From the NCBI GenBank assembly GCA_964574895.1, contig CAZNPB010000006.1, positions 16,879-80,878 on the forward strand: a stretch of 64,000 nucleotides of DNA, read 5' to 3'. Below the pieces are notes generated by a model. That model was not told the origin of the DNA. It saw only the letters and a program-made list of their open reading frames with translations, and did not search any database. The translations under genes and the position numbers were made by a program. This stretch comes from an uncultured Eubacteriales bacterium. Lineage in GTDB: Bacteria; Acidobacteriota; Aminicenantia; Aminicenantales; Saccharicenantaceae. Positions 41,811 to 51,292 of this stretch are shown here, piece after piece. Positions within the stretch are counted from its first letter, which is position 1. Each line of letters begins with the position of its first letter.

Positions 41811-44510
41811 ATGAAGCGCCGCCCCGGGATCCTCTCTCCGATCCTCCCCGCGCTTCTCGTCCTTTCCCTGGCCCCTGCCGCTCCGGCCGGGGCCGGGCAG
41901 GCCCCCTTTGCGGGCCGGAACGATCCGCGCACCGCCCGAAAGATCACCGCCCTTCCCGCCGGCGGCCCGATCGTCGTCGACGGCCGGCTCGACGAAAGCG
42001 TCTGGCGGACGCCGGGCGCGGGCGGCTTCACCCAGCGCGATCCCGCGGACGGCCAGCCGGCCTCCGAGCCCACCACCGTCTGGATCGCTTTCGACCGCGA
42101 CAATATCTATGTCGCCGCGCGCCTGGCCGACTCCGAACCCGGCCGGATCGTCGGCCGGCTCGGGCGCCGGGACGAGGCCGCCGAATCCGACGTCTTCGAT
42201 GTCGGCTTCGATCCCTACCACGACCGCCGCAGCGGCTACTATTTCGGCGTCAATCCCGCCGGCTCGATCGAGGACGGCGTCATCTCCAACGACGAGGACC
42301 TGGACCCGACCTGGGACGGCGTCTGGGAAAGCGCCGCCCGCGTCGACGCCGGCGGCTGGACCGTCGAGATGCGCATCCCCTTCGATCAGCTCCGGTTCAA
42401 GCGCCGCGACGCCCAGGTCTGGGGCGTCCAATTCCAGCGCGTCATCAAGCGCAGGAACGAGGAGGACCACTTCGCCTGGGTGCCCAAGGAGGAGAGCGGC
42501 CTGGCCTCCAATTTCGCCGAGCTCGACGGCCTGGCCGGGATCGCTTCGGGGCGGCGCCTGGAGGTCTCGCCCTTCGCCCTGACCCGGGCGGCCTACCGCC
42601 CGGCCGTGGCCGGCGATCCCTTCCGGACGGGCCACGCCTACCGCGCCGACGGCGGCTTCGACCTCAAGGGCGGCTTGAGCAGCAACCTGACCCTCAACCT
42701 GTCCGTCAATCCCGACTTCGGCCAGGTCGAGGTCGATCCCGCGGTCATCAACATCACCGACCAGGAGACCTATTACGAGGAGAAGCGGCCGTTCTTCGTC
42801 GAAGGGGCCGGCATCTTCGAGTTCGGCCGGGGCGGGCCCAACGTCTACCGGATGTTCGGCTGGGAGGACCCCGACCTGTTCTACAGCCGCCGCATCGGCC
42901 GCAACCCCCAGGGCGTGCCGTCGCTCGACGGCCCGGGGAGCTACGCCCTGCCGGACTGGACGACCATCCTGGGCGCCGCCAAGGTGACCGGCAAGGTCGG
43001 CCGCGACTTCAACTTGGGCGTCATCGGCGCGTCCACGGCCCGTGAGAACGCCGCGATCGACATGGGCGGGGCGCGCTCTGCGGCCGAGGTCGAGCCGTTC
43101 ACCACGTACGGGGTCGCCCGCGGCCTCAAGGAGTTCGGCCAGGGCCGGAGCGGCCTGGGCTTTATCGCCACGGGCGTGTCGCGGGACCTCGAGAGCGGCG
43201 GGCTGGCGGACCGGCTGGCCCGCAGCGCCATCGCCTTCGGCGCCGACGGCTGGACCTTTCTCGACAAGGCCCGCGACTGGGCCCTGGCGGGCTGGGGCGC
43301 CGTGACCTCCGTCCACGGCAGCACGGAGGCCATGACCGCCCTGGAACGTTCGTCGCTCCACTACTTCCAGCGGCCCGATGCCGACTGGGTCCGGGTCGAC
43401 GAGAGCGCCACGTCGCTTTCGGGCTGGGCCGGCCGGCTCTACGTCAACAAGCAGAAAGGCAACTTCGTCTTCAACGCCGCGGTCGGGGCCATGTCGCCCG
43501 GCTTCGAGGCCAACGACCTCGGCTACCATGTGCGCGGCGACGTCGTCAACGGCCACGTCGAGGCCGGCTACCGCGTGCTCCAGCCGGGGCGGGCTTTCCG
43601 GACCTGGTCGGTCACGGCCTCCTATTACCGCAACTACGATTTCGGCGGGAATCGGGTCGGGGAGTACGTCTATCTCGACGGCAAGGTCAGGTTCCTCAAC
43701 TACTGGACGGCCGCCCTGCACCTCGACTGGGAGCCGCCCAAGTACAGCCACTACCTGACGCGGGGCGGACCGATGGCCTTCTACCCGGCCGGGGAGTCCA
43801 TCCAGGGCACGCTGGCCACGGACGACCGCCACAAGGTCATCGTCCGCTTCAGCGCCTATTACCGGTATCACCCGAGCGGCGGCTACAACTACTCGATCGG
43901 CGGCGGGTTGACCTGGAAGCCGAGCCCGAACTTCAGCCTGTCGGTCGACCCCGGCTACACCTGGCGGTATTCGGAGGGCCAGTGGGTGCGGCAGGTCGTC
44001 GACCCGCTCAAGACCTCGACCTACGGCGTGCGCTACGTGCTGTCGGACATCCACCAGAAGACCTTCCCGGTCGAGACGCGGATCAACTGGACCTTCACGC
44101 CGCGCTTGAGCCTGCAGGCCTACCTGCAGCCGTATGTCGGGACGGGCGATTTCTCGGCCTTCAAGGAGCTTCGGGCGGCCCGGACCTTCGATTTCGATTA
44201 CTACGGCCAGGGCGCTTCGACCATCGCCTTCGCCGACGGCGTCTACACCGTCGACCCGGACGGGCCGGCCGGCCCCGCGGCGCCGTTCGCCTTCGCCGAG
44301 CCGGACTTCAGCCTCAAGTCCCTGCGGGGGACGGTCGTCCTGCGCTGGGAGTACCGGCCCGGCTCGCTGCTCTATTTCGTCTGGACGCAGCGGCGCGAGG
44401 ACTATTCCGACCCGGGCGACTTCCAGCTCTGGCGGGACATGGGCGACCTCTTCCGGGCCCCCGGCGAGAACATCTTCATGGTCAAGTTCTCGTACCGGTT
44501 CGAGTTATAG
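41811..44510 (+). CDS. outer-membrane protein, DUF5916-like: N-terminal CBM9-like domain plus C-terminal beta-barrel
   Basis: Signal peptide. …VVDGRLDESVW… CBM9-like module. Alternating amphipathic strands. C-terminal …KFSYRFEL with terminal aromatic-x-aliphatic. 899 aa. Confidence 0.6.
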   Translation: MKRRPGILSPILPALLVLSLAPAAPAGAGQAPFAGRNDPRTARKITALPAGGPIVVDGRLDESVWRTPGAGGFTQRDPADGQPASEPTTVWIAFDRDNIYVAARLADSEPGRIVGRLGRRDEAAESDVFDVGFDPYHDRRSGYYFGVNPAGSIEDGVISNDEDLDPTWDGVWESAARVDAGGWTVEMRIPFDQLRFKRRDAQVWGVQFQRVIKRRNEEDHFAWVPKEESGLASNFAELDGLAGIASGRRLEVSPFALTRAAYRPAVAGDPFRTGHAYRADGGFDLKGGLSSNLTLNLSVNPDFGQVEVDPAVINITDQETYYEEKRPFFVEGAGIFEFGRGGPNVYRMFGWEDPDLFYSRRIGRNPQGVPSLDGPGSYALPDWTTILGAAKVTGKVGRDFNLGVIGASTARENAAIDMGGARSAAEVEPFTTYGVARGLKEFGQGRSGLGFIATGVSRDLESGGLADRLARSAIAFGADGWTFLDKARDWALAGWGAVTSVHGSTEAMTALERSSLHYFQRPDADWVRVDESATSLSGWAGRLYVNKQKGNFVFNAAVGAMSPGFEANDLGYHVRGDVVNGHVEAGYRVLQPGRAFRTWSVTASYYRNYDFGGNRVGEYVYLDGKVRFLNYWTAALHLDWEPPKYSHYLTRGGPMAFYPAGESIQGTLATDDRHKVIVRFSAYYRYHPSGGYNYSIGGGLTWKPSPNFSLSVDPGYTWRYSEGQWVRQVVDPLKTSTYGVRYVLSDIHQKTFPVETRINWTFTPRLSLQAYLQPYVGTGDFSAFKELRAARTFDFDYYGQGASTIAFADGVYTVDPDGPAGPAAPFAFAEPDFSLKSLRGTVVLRWEYRPGSLLYFVWTQRREDYSDPGDFQLWRDMGDLFRAPGENIFMVKFSYRFEL

Positions 44511-44513
44511 GAC

Positions 44514-44556
44514 GGGGTCAAACCTACATTTTTTCGAAAAATGTAGGTTTGACCCC
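44514..44556. repeat. palindromic repeat element copy 3
   Basis: GGGGTCAAACCTACATTTTTTCGAAAAATGTAGGTTTGACCCC. Lies between the convergent OMP and Smr genes and overlaps the Smr stop. Confidence 0.85.
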
Positions 44557-44880
44557 TTTTAGCGTGACCCGCGTCGCGCCCCAGCCCCCGGCGCCGGTAT
44601 CGGCGTCCCCGAAGCCGGCCACGCGCGGGTCCTTTTCGAGCAGAGCGCGGACGACGGCCTTGAGCGTGCCGGTGCCCTTGCCGTGGATGACGCGGAGCTC
44701 GAAGATGCCGCGCCGCAGGCACTCGCCGATGTACTCCGGGACCAGGTCCTTGACCTCCTTGGGGCTGAAGGTGTGGAGGTCGAGGACGCCGTCGATGGGC
44801 AATTCGACGGGGCCGGCGTCCGCGGCGGGCGGGACCTGTTCGGGCGCGTTTCCTGTCCGGGACCGGCGGTCTTTCGCCAT
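44524..44880 (-). CDS. stand-alone Smr (small MutS-related) domain protein
   Basis: …LDLHTFSPKEVKDLVPEYIGECLRRGIFELRVIHGKGTGTLKAVVRALL… matches the Smr LDLHG…HGKG motif. The last ~11 codons are encoded by the palindromic repeat. Confidence 0.7.
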   Translation of the reverse strand: MAKDRRSRTGNAPEQVPPAADAGPVELPIDGVLDLHTFSPKEVKDLVPEYIGECLRRGIFELRVIHGKGTGTLKAVVRALLEKDPRVAGFGDADTGAGGWGATRVTLKGVKPTFFEKM

Positions 44881-44968
44881 ACCGGGATTCTAGCGGAAAC
44901 GGCCTCCGAAAGACATCCCGCGATGTTTGACAAGCGAGCCCGACTTCGCTAAATTAGAGGGGCTTTTT

Positions 44969-45041
44969 GGCCCGCTAGCTCAATTGGTAGAGCAGCAGAC
45001 TCTTAATCTGCGGGTTGTAGGTTCGAGTCCTACGCGGGTCA
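44969..45041 (+). tRNA. tRNA-Lys (anticodon CTT)
   Basis: Manual cloverleaf. 7-bp acceptor stem with one G-U, D-arm GCTC/GAGC, anticodon stem GCAGA/TCTGC with loop CTCTTAA, T-arm GTAGG-TTCGAGT-CCTAC, discriminator A. No encoded CCA. Confidence 0.85.
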
Positions 45042-45068
45042 TTTTTCATTTGTTCCCCCCTGATGCGA

Positions 45069-45074
45069 TATAAT
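45069..45074 (+). promoter_or_regulatory. -10 box TATAAT 11 nt upstream of the plsC ATG (very short leader). Possible -35 TTCATT 18 nt upstream.
   Basis: Read directly. No SD present. Confidence 0.35.
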
Positions 45075-45085
45075 CGGGACGTTCC

Positions 45086-45787
45086 ATGCGCTATGCCTTC
45101 GGCGTCGTCGTCCTCTTCGCCTTGACGCTCGTCGCCGTCCCCGTCGTCCTTGTCAGCGCCGTCTTCCGCCTTCCGGACCTGTTCCTCGGCTACGGCAGGT
45201 GGATGATGAAGGTCGGTCGCGCCGTTCTCGGCATCGAGGTCGAGGTCCGGGGCCGCGACCGGCTCGACCGGCGCCGGCCCTACGTCTTCATGTCCAACCA
45301 CCAGAGCTTCCTCGACGGGCCGCTGCTCGTGACCGTCATCGACCGGCCCCTGCGGGCCATCGTCAAGCGCTTCGTCTTCCGCATTCCGGTCCTGGGCCTG
45401 GGCATGAAGTTCGCCGGCTACGTCCCCGTGGACAAGGACAGGCGGGGCCAAGGGCGGGAGAGGATCGCCCGGGCGGCCCGGCTGATCAGGGACCGCGGCT
45501 ATTCGTTCCTCGTTTTCCCCGAGGGCCGGCGCAGCGGGGACGGGGCGCTCCAACCCTTCAAGCGCGGCGGGTTCTTCCTGGCCCTCGAGGCCGGCGTGCC
45601 GATCGTCCCGGTCTCCATCGCCGGCAGCTACGAGCTCATGCCGCGCGGCAGCCGGCGCATCCGTCCGGGGCGCGTCCGGATCACGTTCCACGAGCCCGTC
45701 GACGTCGCCGGGTTGACGCGCGAAACCATGCCCGCGCTCGTCGAGCGCGTCCGCGGCGCCGTCGCCTCCGGCCTCACTTCGTCGTGA
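45086..45787 (+). CDS. plsC: 1-acyl-sn-glycerol-3-phosphate acyltransferase
   Basis: HX4D motif (NHQSFLD), FPEGRRS motif, N-terminal TM helix. Confidence 0.8.
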   Translation: MRYAFGVVVLFALTLVAVPVVLVSAVFRLPDLFLGYGRWMMKVGRAVLGIEVEVRGRDRLDRRRPYVFMSNHQSFLDGPLLVTVIDRPLRAIVKRFVFRIPVLGLGMKFAGYVPVDKDRRGQGRERIARAARLIRDRGYSFLVFPEGRRSGDGALQPFKRGGFFLALEAGVPIVPVSIAGSYELMPRGSRRIRPGRVRITFHEPVDVAGLTRETMPALVERVRGAVASGLTSS

Positions 45788-45942
45788 GGGCGGCGATCGC
45801 TGCGGCCGCAGGCCGCGCCAGCGGATCGGGGCCGCGATCGTACCGGTCAACGGGCTTGGCGCGGAACCGGCGGATCTCCCGATCGCGCAAATGCCGGGGA
45901 CCCCAGGCGGGTCCGGCGGCCCTTTGCTTTGAAAACAATGTT

Positions 45943-45960
45943 TGTTATCATTCGATAACA
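45943..45960. promoter_or_regulatory. inverted repeat TGTTATC-attc-GATAACA (plus overlapping AACA/TGTT half-sites) 24 nt upstream of the aldo/keto reductase gene: candidate operator
   Basis: Perfect 7-bp arms in an AT-rich patch. TTGAAA at 45929-45934. Confidence 0.4.
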
Positions 45961-45984
45961 TCAGCCAAGGCACCGGAGAACGCC

Positions 45985-46989
45985 ATGAGCAAAAGCCGGA
46001 TCGGAAGACGCGATTTCCTCAAGTCGATGGCCACGGTGGCCGCGGGCGGGGCGGCCGTTCCGGCCCTGAACGGGGCCGTTCCCTTCGGGAGCGCTGCCTC
46101 GCCGAAGGGCCTCGACCCCAAGGGCCTGCCGACCGCGACGCTGGGCAAGACGGGCGCCGTCGTGCCCCGCATCGGCCTCGGCCTGGGCAGCCGCTTTTGC
46201 GCCGTCCTGGGCGAAGACAAGGCCGTCGAGATCCTGGACACGGCCCTCGACCACGGCTTCTACTACTGGGACACGGCCGGCAACTACACCAACGGCGGGA
46301 TCGTCAGCGAGGAACGGCTCGGCCGGGTCCTGGCCCGCCGCCGCCAAGAGGTCTTCCTGGCCACCAAGTTCGAGGATCGCTCCTACGACGGCGTCATGCG
46401 CCAGCTCGAGACGAGCCTGAAGCGCCTGCGGACCGATCATCTCGACCTCTACCAGGTCCACCTGGTCGAATCCCTGGCCGACCTGGACACGCTCGGCCTG
46501 CCCGGCGGGGCCCTGGATGCCTTGCGCAAGATCAAGGACCAGAAGATCGCCCGCTTCATCGGCTTCTCGGGTCACGGCGACGCCGCGGCCATGGCCGAGG
46601 CGGCCCGCCGCCACGACTTCGACACCATGCTCATCGCCCTCAACCACTACGAGGAGCGGCGCGGCGACCTGGAGGGCGGGGCCATCCCGGCCGCCGCGGC
46701 CAAGGACATGGGGGTCATGATCATCAAGTCCGTCCGGCCGCGGGAGACGGTCCCCGGGCTGGCCGCCTCGGACCTCATCCGCTACGCCCTGACCCTGCCG
46801 CTCGTCCACTCGGCCGTCGTCGGCACGGACAGCGTCGAGGTCGTCCGCAAGAACGCCGCCCTGCTGCGCGACTTCCGGCCCCTGTCGCCCGAGGAGATGG
46901 GCCGCCTGACGATCAAGCTCGAGCCCTTCTTCGCCGGCGCGGCCCTGCCCTGGATGAAGCCCGGCTACCGGGACGGGGAGCCGTGCTGA
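45985..46989 (+). CDS. aldo/keto reductase with Tat signal peptide
   Basis: RRDFLKSMATVAAGGAAVPAL twin-arginine leader. AKR fold motifs (…DTAGNY…, …LATKF…, …FIGFSGHG…). GGAGA SD. Confidence 0.8.
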   Translation: MSKSRIGRRDFLKSMATVAAGGAAVPALNGAVPFGSAASPKGLDPKGLPTATLGKTGAVVPRIGLGLGSRFCAVLGEDKAVEILDTALDHGFYYWDTAGNYTNGGIVSEERLGRVLARRRQEVFLATKFEDRSYDGVMRQLETSLKRLRTDHLDLYQVHLVESLADLDTLGLPGGALDALRKIKDQKIARFIGFSGHGDAAAMAEAARRHDFDTMLIALNHYEERRGDLEGGAIPAAAAKDMGVMIIKSVRPRETVPGLAASDLIRYALTLPLVHSAVVGTDSVEVVRKNAALLRDFRPLSPEEMGRLTIKLEPFFAGAALPWMKPGYRDGEPC

Positions 46990-47714
46990 GGGCGCGTGGG
47001 CCCGTTCGGCCGCCGTCGGCGGCCTCGCCGGCCGCCGCGCTCAGGCTCATCCTGCCGCTCGTCGCCCTGCTCTCCGCCTGCCGCGCCGACCGCCCGGCCG
47101 GCCCGGGCTCCTGGCCGATCGTCGTCTCCAGCGATTTCGAGTCCGGCGCGGCCGACGGCTGGACGCCCAACGACCCCTCCGGCTGGCGCGTCGTCGTCGA
47201 TCCGTCCGCCGGCTCGCGGGTCTACGAGCTCGTGAAGCCCGGCCCGCCCGGCCCGGTCCGGGCCCCCTATTCCCGCTCGGTCCTGGCCGGCCCCGACGTC
47301 GGCTCCTTCGAGCTCACCGGGCGCCTGCGCTGCGCGACCGACCCGGCCAATCCCTACCGCGACATGTGCGTCATCTTCCATTACCGCGACCCGGCCCATT
47401 TCTATTACGTCCATTTCGCCGGCCGGAGCGACGACCTCCACAACATCATCGGCCTGGTCGACGGGGCCGACCGGGTCAAGATCAACCTCGAGCCGGCCGG
47501 GGCGTCGACCTTCCGCCTGACCGACCCGGCCTGGCATGCCTTCAAGGTGACCTGCGACGCCGGGACGCGGGAGATCCGGGCCTATCTCGACGACCTCGCG
47601 ACCCCCATCCTGACCGCCCGCGACCTGATCCTGCTCCGCGGCCTGGTGGGCGTCGGGTCGTTCGACGATACCGGCGCCTTCGACGACCTGGTCCTCCGGG
47701 CGCCGGGCAGATGA
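46983..47714 (+). CDS. lipoprotein with DUF1080-like (LamG/3-keto-disaccharide-hydrolase-like) jelly-roll domain
   Basis: GTG start overlapping the upstream stop (GTGCTGA). Lipobox LLSAC. …FESGAADGWTPNDPSGWRVV… start resembles the DUF1080 opening motif. Confidence 0.5.
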   Translation: MLRARGPVRPPSAASPAAALRLILPLVALLSACRADRPAGPGSWPIVVSSDFESGAADGWTPNDPSGWRVVVDPSAGSRVYELVKPGPPGPVRAPYSRSVLAGPDVGSFELTGRLRCATDPANPYRDMCVIFHYRDPAHFYYVHFAGRSDDLHNIIGLVDGADRVKINLEPAGASTFRLTDPAWHAFKVTCDAGTREIRAYLDDLATPILTARDLILLRGLVGVGSFDDTGAFDDLVLRAPGR

Positions 47715-47757
47715 CCCGGCCCGCCGTTCCTGGTAGTATGGACGCCGGAGGTCGATC

Positions 47758-48150
47758 ATGTCCTTCCTCGACGCCTTGAAGAAAGCCGGCCGGTCCCGCG
47801 AGGCCGCCGCCGCCGGCGACGCCTGCGTCCTGCTCGACGGGCCGGAGGAATTCGACGCCGCCGTCGCCTCCCGCGACAAGCTCATGGTCCTTCTCTACGC
47901 CACCTGGTGCCCGTTCTCCCGGGCCTTCCTGTCCGATTTCCTGGCCCACGCGGCCGCCGGCGACCCCTGCTATGCCCGCATCGTCGTGGACGACGACGAC
48001 CCCCTGGTCGAGCGCTACGGCATCAACGTCTTCCCGACGGTGCTCTTCTTCGAGAAGGGCCAGCTCGTCCGGCGGCTGGACGGGGTCTTCCACCGCGGCC
48101 TGTCGCGCGGCCAGCTCCAGGATTTCGCCCGCCGCTGCGACGTCCGTTAG
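47758..48150 (+). CDS. thioredoxin-fold protein with monothiol WCPFS motif
   Basis: …VLLYATWCPFSRAF… (CxxS instead of CxxC). …NVFPTVLFF… cis-Pro region. Confidence 0.7.
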   Translation: MSFLDALKKAGRSREAAAAGDACVLLDGPEEFDAAVASRDKLMVLLYATWCPFSRAFLSDFLAHAAAGDPCYARIVVDDDDPLVERYGINVFPTVLFFEKGQLVRRLDGVFHRGLSRGQLQDFARRCDVR

Positions 48151-48266
48151 CCGGGCCGGCGTCTCCCGCGGCGGCCCGCCGGCCCCGGTTTGACAGGCCG
48201 GGCCGATTCTGTAATTGTAATTGCGGGCCTCCGGCGTCTCGAGGAGGTCGAAGAAAGGTCGCACCC

Positions 48267-49568
48267 ATGAAAAAGCACCCCGCCCTGACCGTCCTCCTGG
48301 CCGCGTTGATCGCCCTGGCCCTGTCCGGCTGCTCGGCGAGCGACGACGGCGGGGGAGGCGACACGGACCCGGTCTACCGGGCCCTCCTGAAGCTGACCTC
48401 CAGCGACACGGCCGACACCGACAGCTTCGGCTACGCCGTGGCCGCCGACGCCAGCTTCGCCATCGTCGGGGCGCCGGCCGCCGAGGCCGGCGGGACGGAC
48501 CGCGGCCGGGCCTACATCTTCGCCAAATCCTCCGACGCCTGGACCGAGGTCAAGGTCCTGTCGGCTTCGGACGCCGGCGACTACGATTATTTCGGCGTCG
48601 CCGTGGACATCTCCGGCGACTACGCCGTGGTCGGCGCGGGGGGCGAGAACGGCAACGGCACCGACATGGGCGCGGCCTACGTCTTCTACCGCAACCAGGG
48701 CGGCGCGGACGCCTGGGGCCAGGTCAAGAAGCTGACGGCCGCCGACCGGGCCGATGACGACAGCTTCGGCTATTCCGTGGGCATCGACGGCGAGACCATC
48801 ATCGTCGGCGCCGACGGCGAGGACGGCGCCGGCACGGACCGCGGCGCGGCCTACATCTTCGTCAAGAACGAGGGCGGCGTCGACAACTGGGGCCAAGCCA
48901 ACAAGATCATGGCCGACGACGCCGCCGACGTCAGCCAGTTCGGCTACGCCGTGGCTCTCGACGGGGACATCGCCCTGGTCGGCGCGCCCCGGGACGCCGG
49001 GGCCGGCCTGGCCCGCGGCGCCGTCTACATCTACTCCCGCGACCTCGGCGGGGCCGAGGTCTGGGGCCAGGTCAAGAAGATCACTGCCGAAACGCCCACC
49101 GACGACTCCTGGTTCGGCAACGCCGTGGCCATCGACGGCGCCGTGGCGGTCGTCGGCGAAGCCTGGTACGACGGCTCCGGCACGAACCGGGGCGCGGCCT
49201 ACATCTTCGGCCAGGCGACCGGCGGGACCGACAACTGGGGCCAGATCGGGAAGCTGACCGCGAGCGACATCCACGACGACGACTTCTTCGGCTACAGCGT
49301 GGCCATCAACGGCGCCAACATCGCCGTCGGCGCTCCCTGGGCCCCCGGCGACGGCACCGAGCGCGGCCAGGTCTACGTTTTCTCCAAGGACCAGGGCGGC
49401 GCGGACGCCTGGGGCGAGGTCCAGCGCCTGCGCTCGAGCGACGCCTCGAACGAGGACTGGTTCGGCTTCGGCGTCGGCGTCCACGGCCTGTATATCCTCG
49501 GCGGCGCGGTCGGGGAGGACGGGGCCGGGACGGGCCGGGGCGCGGCCTACGTCCTCAAGAAGTCCTAG
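48267..49568 (+). CDS. lipoprotein with seven FG-GAP (integrin-alpha-like beta-propeller) repeats
   Basis: Lipobox ALSGC. Seven ~60-aa repeats …D.FGYSVA..G...VGAP…G.AYIF…. Confidence 0.75.
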   Translation: MKKHPALTVLLAALIALALSGCSASDDGGGGDTDPVYRALLKLTSSDTADTDSFGYAVAADASFAIVGAPAAEAGGTDRGRAYIFAKSSDAWTEVKVLSASDAGDYDYFGVAVDISGDYAVVGAGGENGNGTDMGAAYVFYRNQGGADAWGQVKKLTAADRADDDSFGYSVGIDGETIIVGADGEDGAGTDRGAAYIFVKNEGGVDNWGQANKIMADDAADVSQFGYAVALDGDIALVGAPRDAGAGLARGAVYIYSRDLGGAEVWGQVKKITAETPTDDSWFGNAVAIDGAVAVVGEAWYDGSGTNRGAAYIFGQATGGTDNWGQIGKLTASDIHDDDFFGYSVAINGANIAVGAPWAPGDGTERGQVYVFSKDQGGADAWGEVQRLRSSDASNEDWFGFGVGVHGLYILGGAVGEDGAGTGRGAAYVLKKS

Positions 49569-49598
49569 CCGGCCCCTGTCCGGGGCGGCCGGAGCCCG

Positions 49599-50555
49599 AT
49601 GTCGGAAGCGACGCCGATGCCGCGATACGACCTGGTTATCACCCATGATTGGGAGTACGACGCCGATTTCGTCCGCCTCGTGGCCGGGGCCGGCCGGGCC
49701 CGCGGTCTGTCCGTCCTCGTCGTCGCCCCGGCCGAAGCGGGCCGGGTCCTCGAAGACTTCCGTTCCGGGGCCCTCGATCTCGGCCTTCTCTTCGACCGCG
49801 GCTCCGGCTCTTCGCCAGAGTTCATCGAGCTGCAGGCCCTGGCCCTGGCCCGCGGCCGGGACGTCCTGGAGGGCCTGGACAAGCTGCGCTGGGCCTCGGA
49901 CAAGGCGACCATGCACCTCGAGTTCCTCTCGGCGGGCATCCCGGCGCCCTACACGGTCATCCTGCCGTCGTACGCGTCCCGGCCCCATCTTTCGCTGACC
50001 GCGGGCGACCTGAAACCGCTGGGCATCCCCTTCGTCATCAAGCCGGCCAATACGACCGGCGGCAGCCTGGGCGTCGTCGTCGACGCCTCCGGGCCGGCCG
50101 ATGTCCTGGCCGCCCGGCGGACCTATCCGGCCGACAAGTACCTGCTCCAGGAGAGGATCGTGCCCGAGGTCCGGGACGGGCGCCGGTCCTGGTTCCGCGG
50201 CTTCTACGTCCTCGGCCAGGTCCACCTGACCTGGTGGGACGACCGGACCCACGTCTACGCCGAGCTCGGCTACGACGACGCGGCGGCGGCCGGCCTCGGG
50301 CCGTTCTACGCCGTCGTCCGGGCCATCGCCCGCGTCTCGCGCCTGCGCTTCTTCTCGACCGAAGCGGCCCGCGACATCCGCGGCCGCCTGGTCGTCGTCG
50401 ACTACGTCAACGAGATCTGCGACATGCGGCTCCGCTCGGCCCACGCCGACGGGGTGCCGGACGCCGTCGTCGAGCGGATCGCCGACCGCATCGCCGCCCA
50501 CGCCGGCGCGATCGCGGCGCGGCCGACGGGGGCGGGCGAAGGGGAGGAGGCCTGA
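49599..50555 (+). CDS. ATP-grasp family protein (RimK/glutathione-synthetase-like)
   Basis: …FVIKPANTTGGSLGVVV… ATP-grasp phosphate-binding loop. Size 318 aa. Confidence 0.55.
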   Translation: MSEATPMPRYDLVITHDWEYDADFVRLVAGAGRARGLSVLVVAPAEAGRVLEDFRSGALDLGLLFDRGSGSSPEFIELQALALARGRDVLEGLDKLRWASDKATMHLEFLSAGIPAPYTVILPSYASRPHLSLTAGDLKPLGIPFVIKPANTTGGSLGVVVDASGPADVLAARRTYPADKYLLQERIVPEVRDGRRSWFRGFYVLGQVHLTWWDDRTHVYAELGYDDAAAAGLGPFYAVVRAIARVSRLRFFSTEAARDIRGRLVVVDYVNEICDMRLRSAHADGVPDAVVERIADRIAAHAGAIAARPTGAGEGEEA

Positions 50556-50556
50556 G

Positions 50557-50937
50557 ATGAAGATGCGCGGTTTGCTGATCGGCCTGCTGCTGGTCCTCGG
50601 GACCGCCTATTTCATCTTCTTCACCAGGATCGGCAAGGACGACAAGGGCGGGCTCGAGACCATGGTCGACCAGTATCTCGAATCCAAGATCGACCTGACC
50701 CGGGTCAACCTGGAGACCCTGGCCCGGCTGATCCAGTCGTCGTCGGCCGACGCGGACGGCGGCCTGCCCGAGTCGCTCGAGGCCCTGCGGCGGTTCCACC
50801 CGACGGCCGCTTCGGCCGTGGACGCCTGGGGACGGAAGATCCGCTACGAGCGGCTCTCGGATTCGGGCTTCCGGCTCCGGTCGGCCGGCCCGGACGGCGC
50901 CTACGAGACCGGCGACGACGTCGTCAAGGATTTTTGA
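50557..50937 (+). CDS. small membrane-anchored protein with a T2SS GspG-like C-terminal domain and no prepilin leader
   Basis: DAWGRKIRYERLSDSGFRLRSAGPDGAYETGDDVV matches the GspG/PulG C-terminal D.WG..Y.Y…S.GPDG..GT.DD signature. The N-terminal TM helix lacks G-F-T-L-I-E. Confidence 0.5.
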   Translation: MKMRGLLIGLLLVLGTAYFIFFTRIGKDDKGGLETMVDQYLESKIDLTRVNLETLARLIQSSSADADGGLPESLEALRRFHPTAASAVDAWGRKIRYERLSDSGFRLRSAGPDGAYETGDDVVKDF

Positions 50938-51292
50938 CGAACAGGCGCTTGATCCGGGCCCACAGGCCCGGCCGGGGCGGGGCTTCCTCGATCTCCAGCC
51001 GGCCGATCGACTTGCGGAAGGCGGCCTGGGGCGGGAAATACGGGGCCTGACGCAGCAGGGCCAGGTCGTATTCGCGGCGCCGGCCGGGATCGCGGAGGGT
51101 CTGGAAGGCCTCCTGGACGCGGGACAGGACGAGCTCCCGCTCGGCCTCCGAGACCAGGCCGTAGAGGGCCAGCGAGCCGTCCTTGTAGGTGGCCAGGGCG
51201 GCCTGGTAGCCCTCCCAAATCTCGTCCCGCGAGGCCGTCCGCTCCACCGACAGGAGCTCGTAGTAGTTCCAGTCCTCGATCTTCTTCAGCAT
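50924..51292 (-). CDS. J-domain-like protein lacking the HPD tripeptide
   Basis: …NYYELLSVERTASRDEIWEGYQAALATYKDGS…EAFQTLRDPGRRREYDL… has J-domain helices II-III, but the loop reads KDGS instead of HPD. The ATG overlaps the upstream stop by 1 nt. Confidence 0.55.
   Translation of the reverse strand: MLKKIEDWNYYELLSVERTASRDEIWEGYQAALATYKDGSLALYGLVSEAERELVLSRVQEAFQTLRDPGRRREYDLALLRQAPYFPPQAAFRKSIGRLEIEEAPPRPGLWARIKRLFVKNP

Noticed and set aside
44881-45085. Possible integrative element at the tRNA-Lys locus
   Set aside because: No integrase, no direct repeat of the tRNA 3' end, and flanking genes (Smr, plsC) look chromosomal with host GC.
44975-45973. 332-aa minus-strand ORF overlapping the tRNA-Lys and plsC
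   Set aside because: Overlaps a well-formed tRNA and the antisense strand of plsC (HX4D/FPEGRRS motifs). Low-complexity translation.
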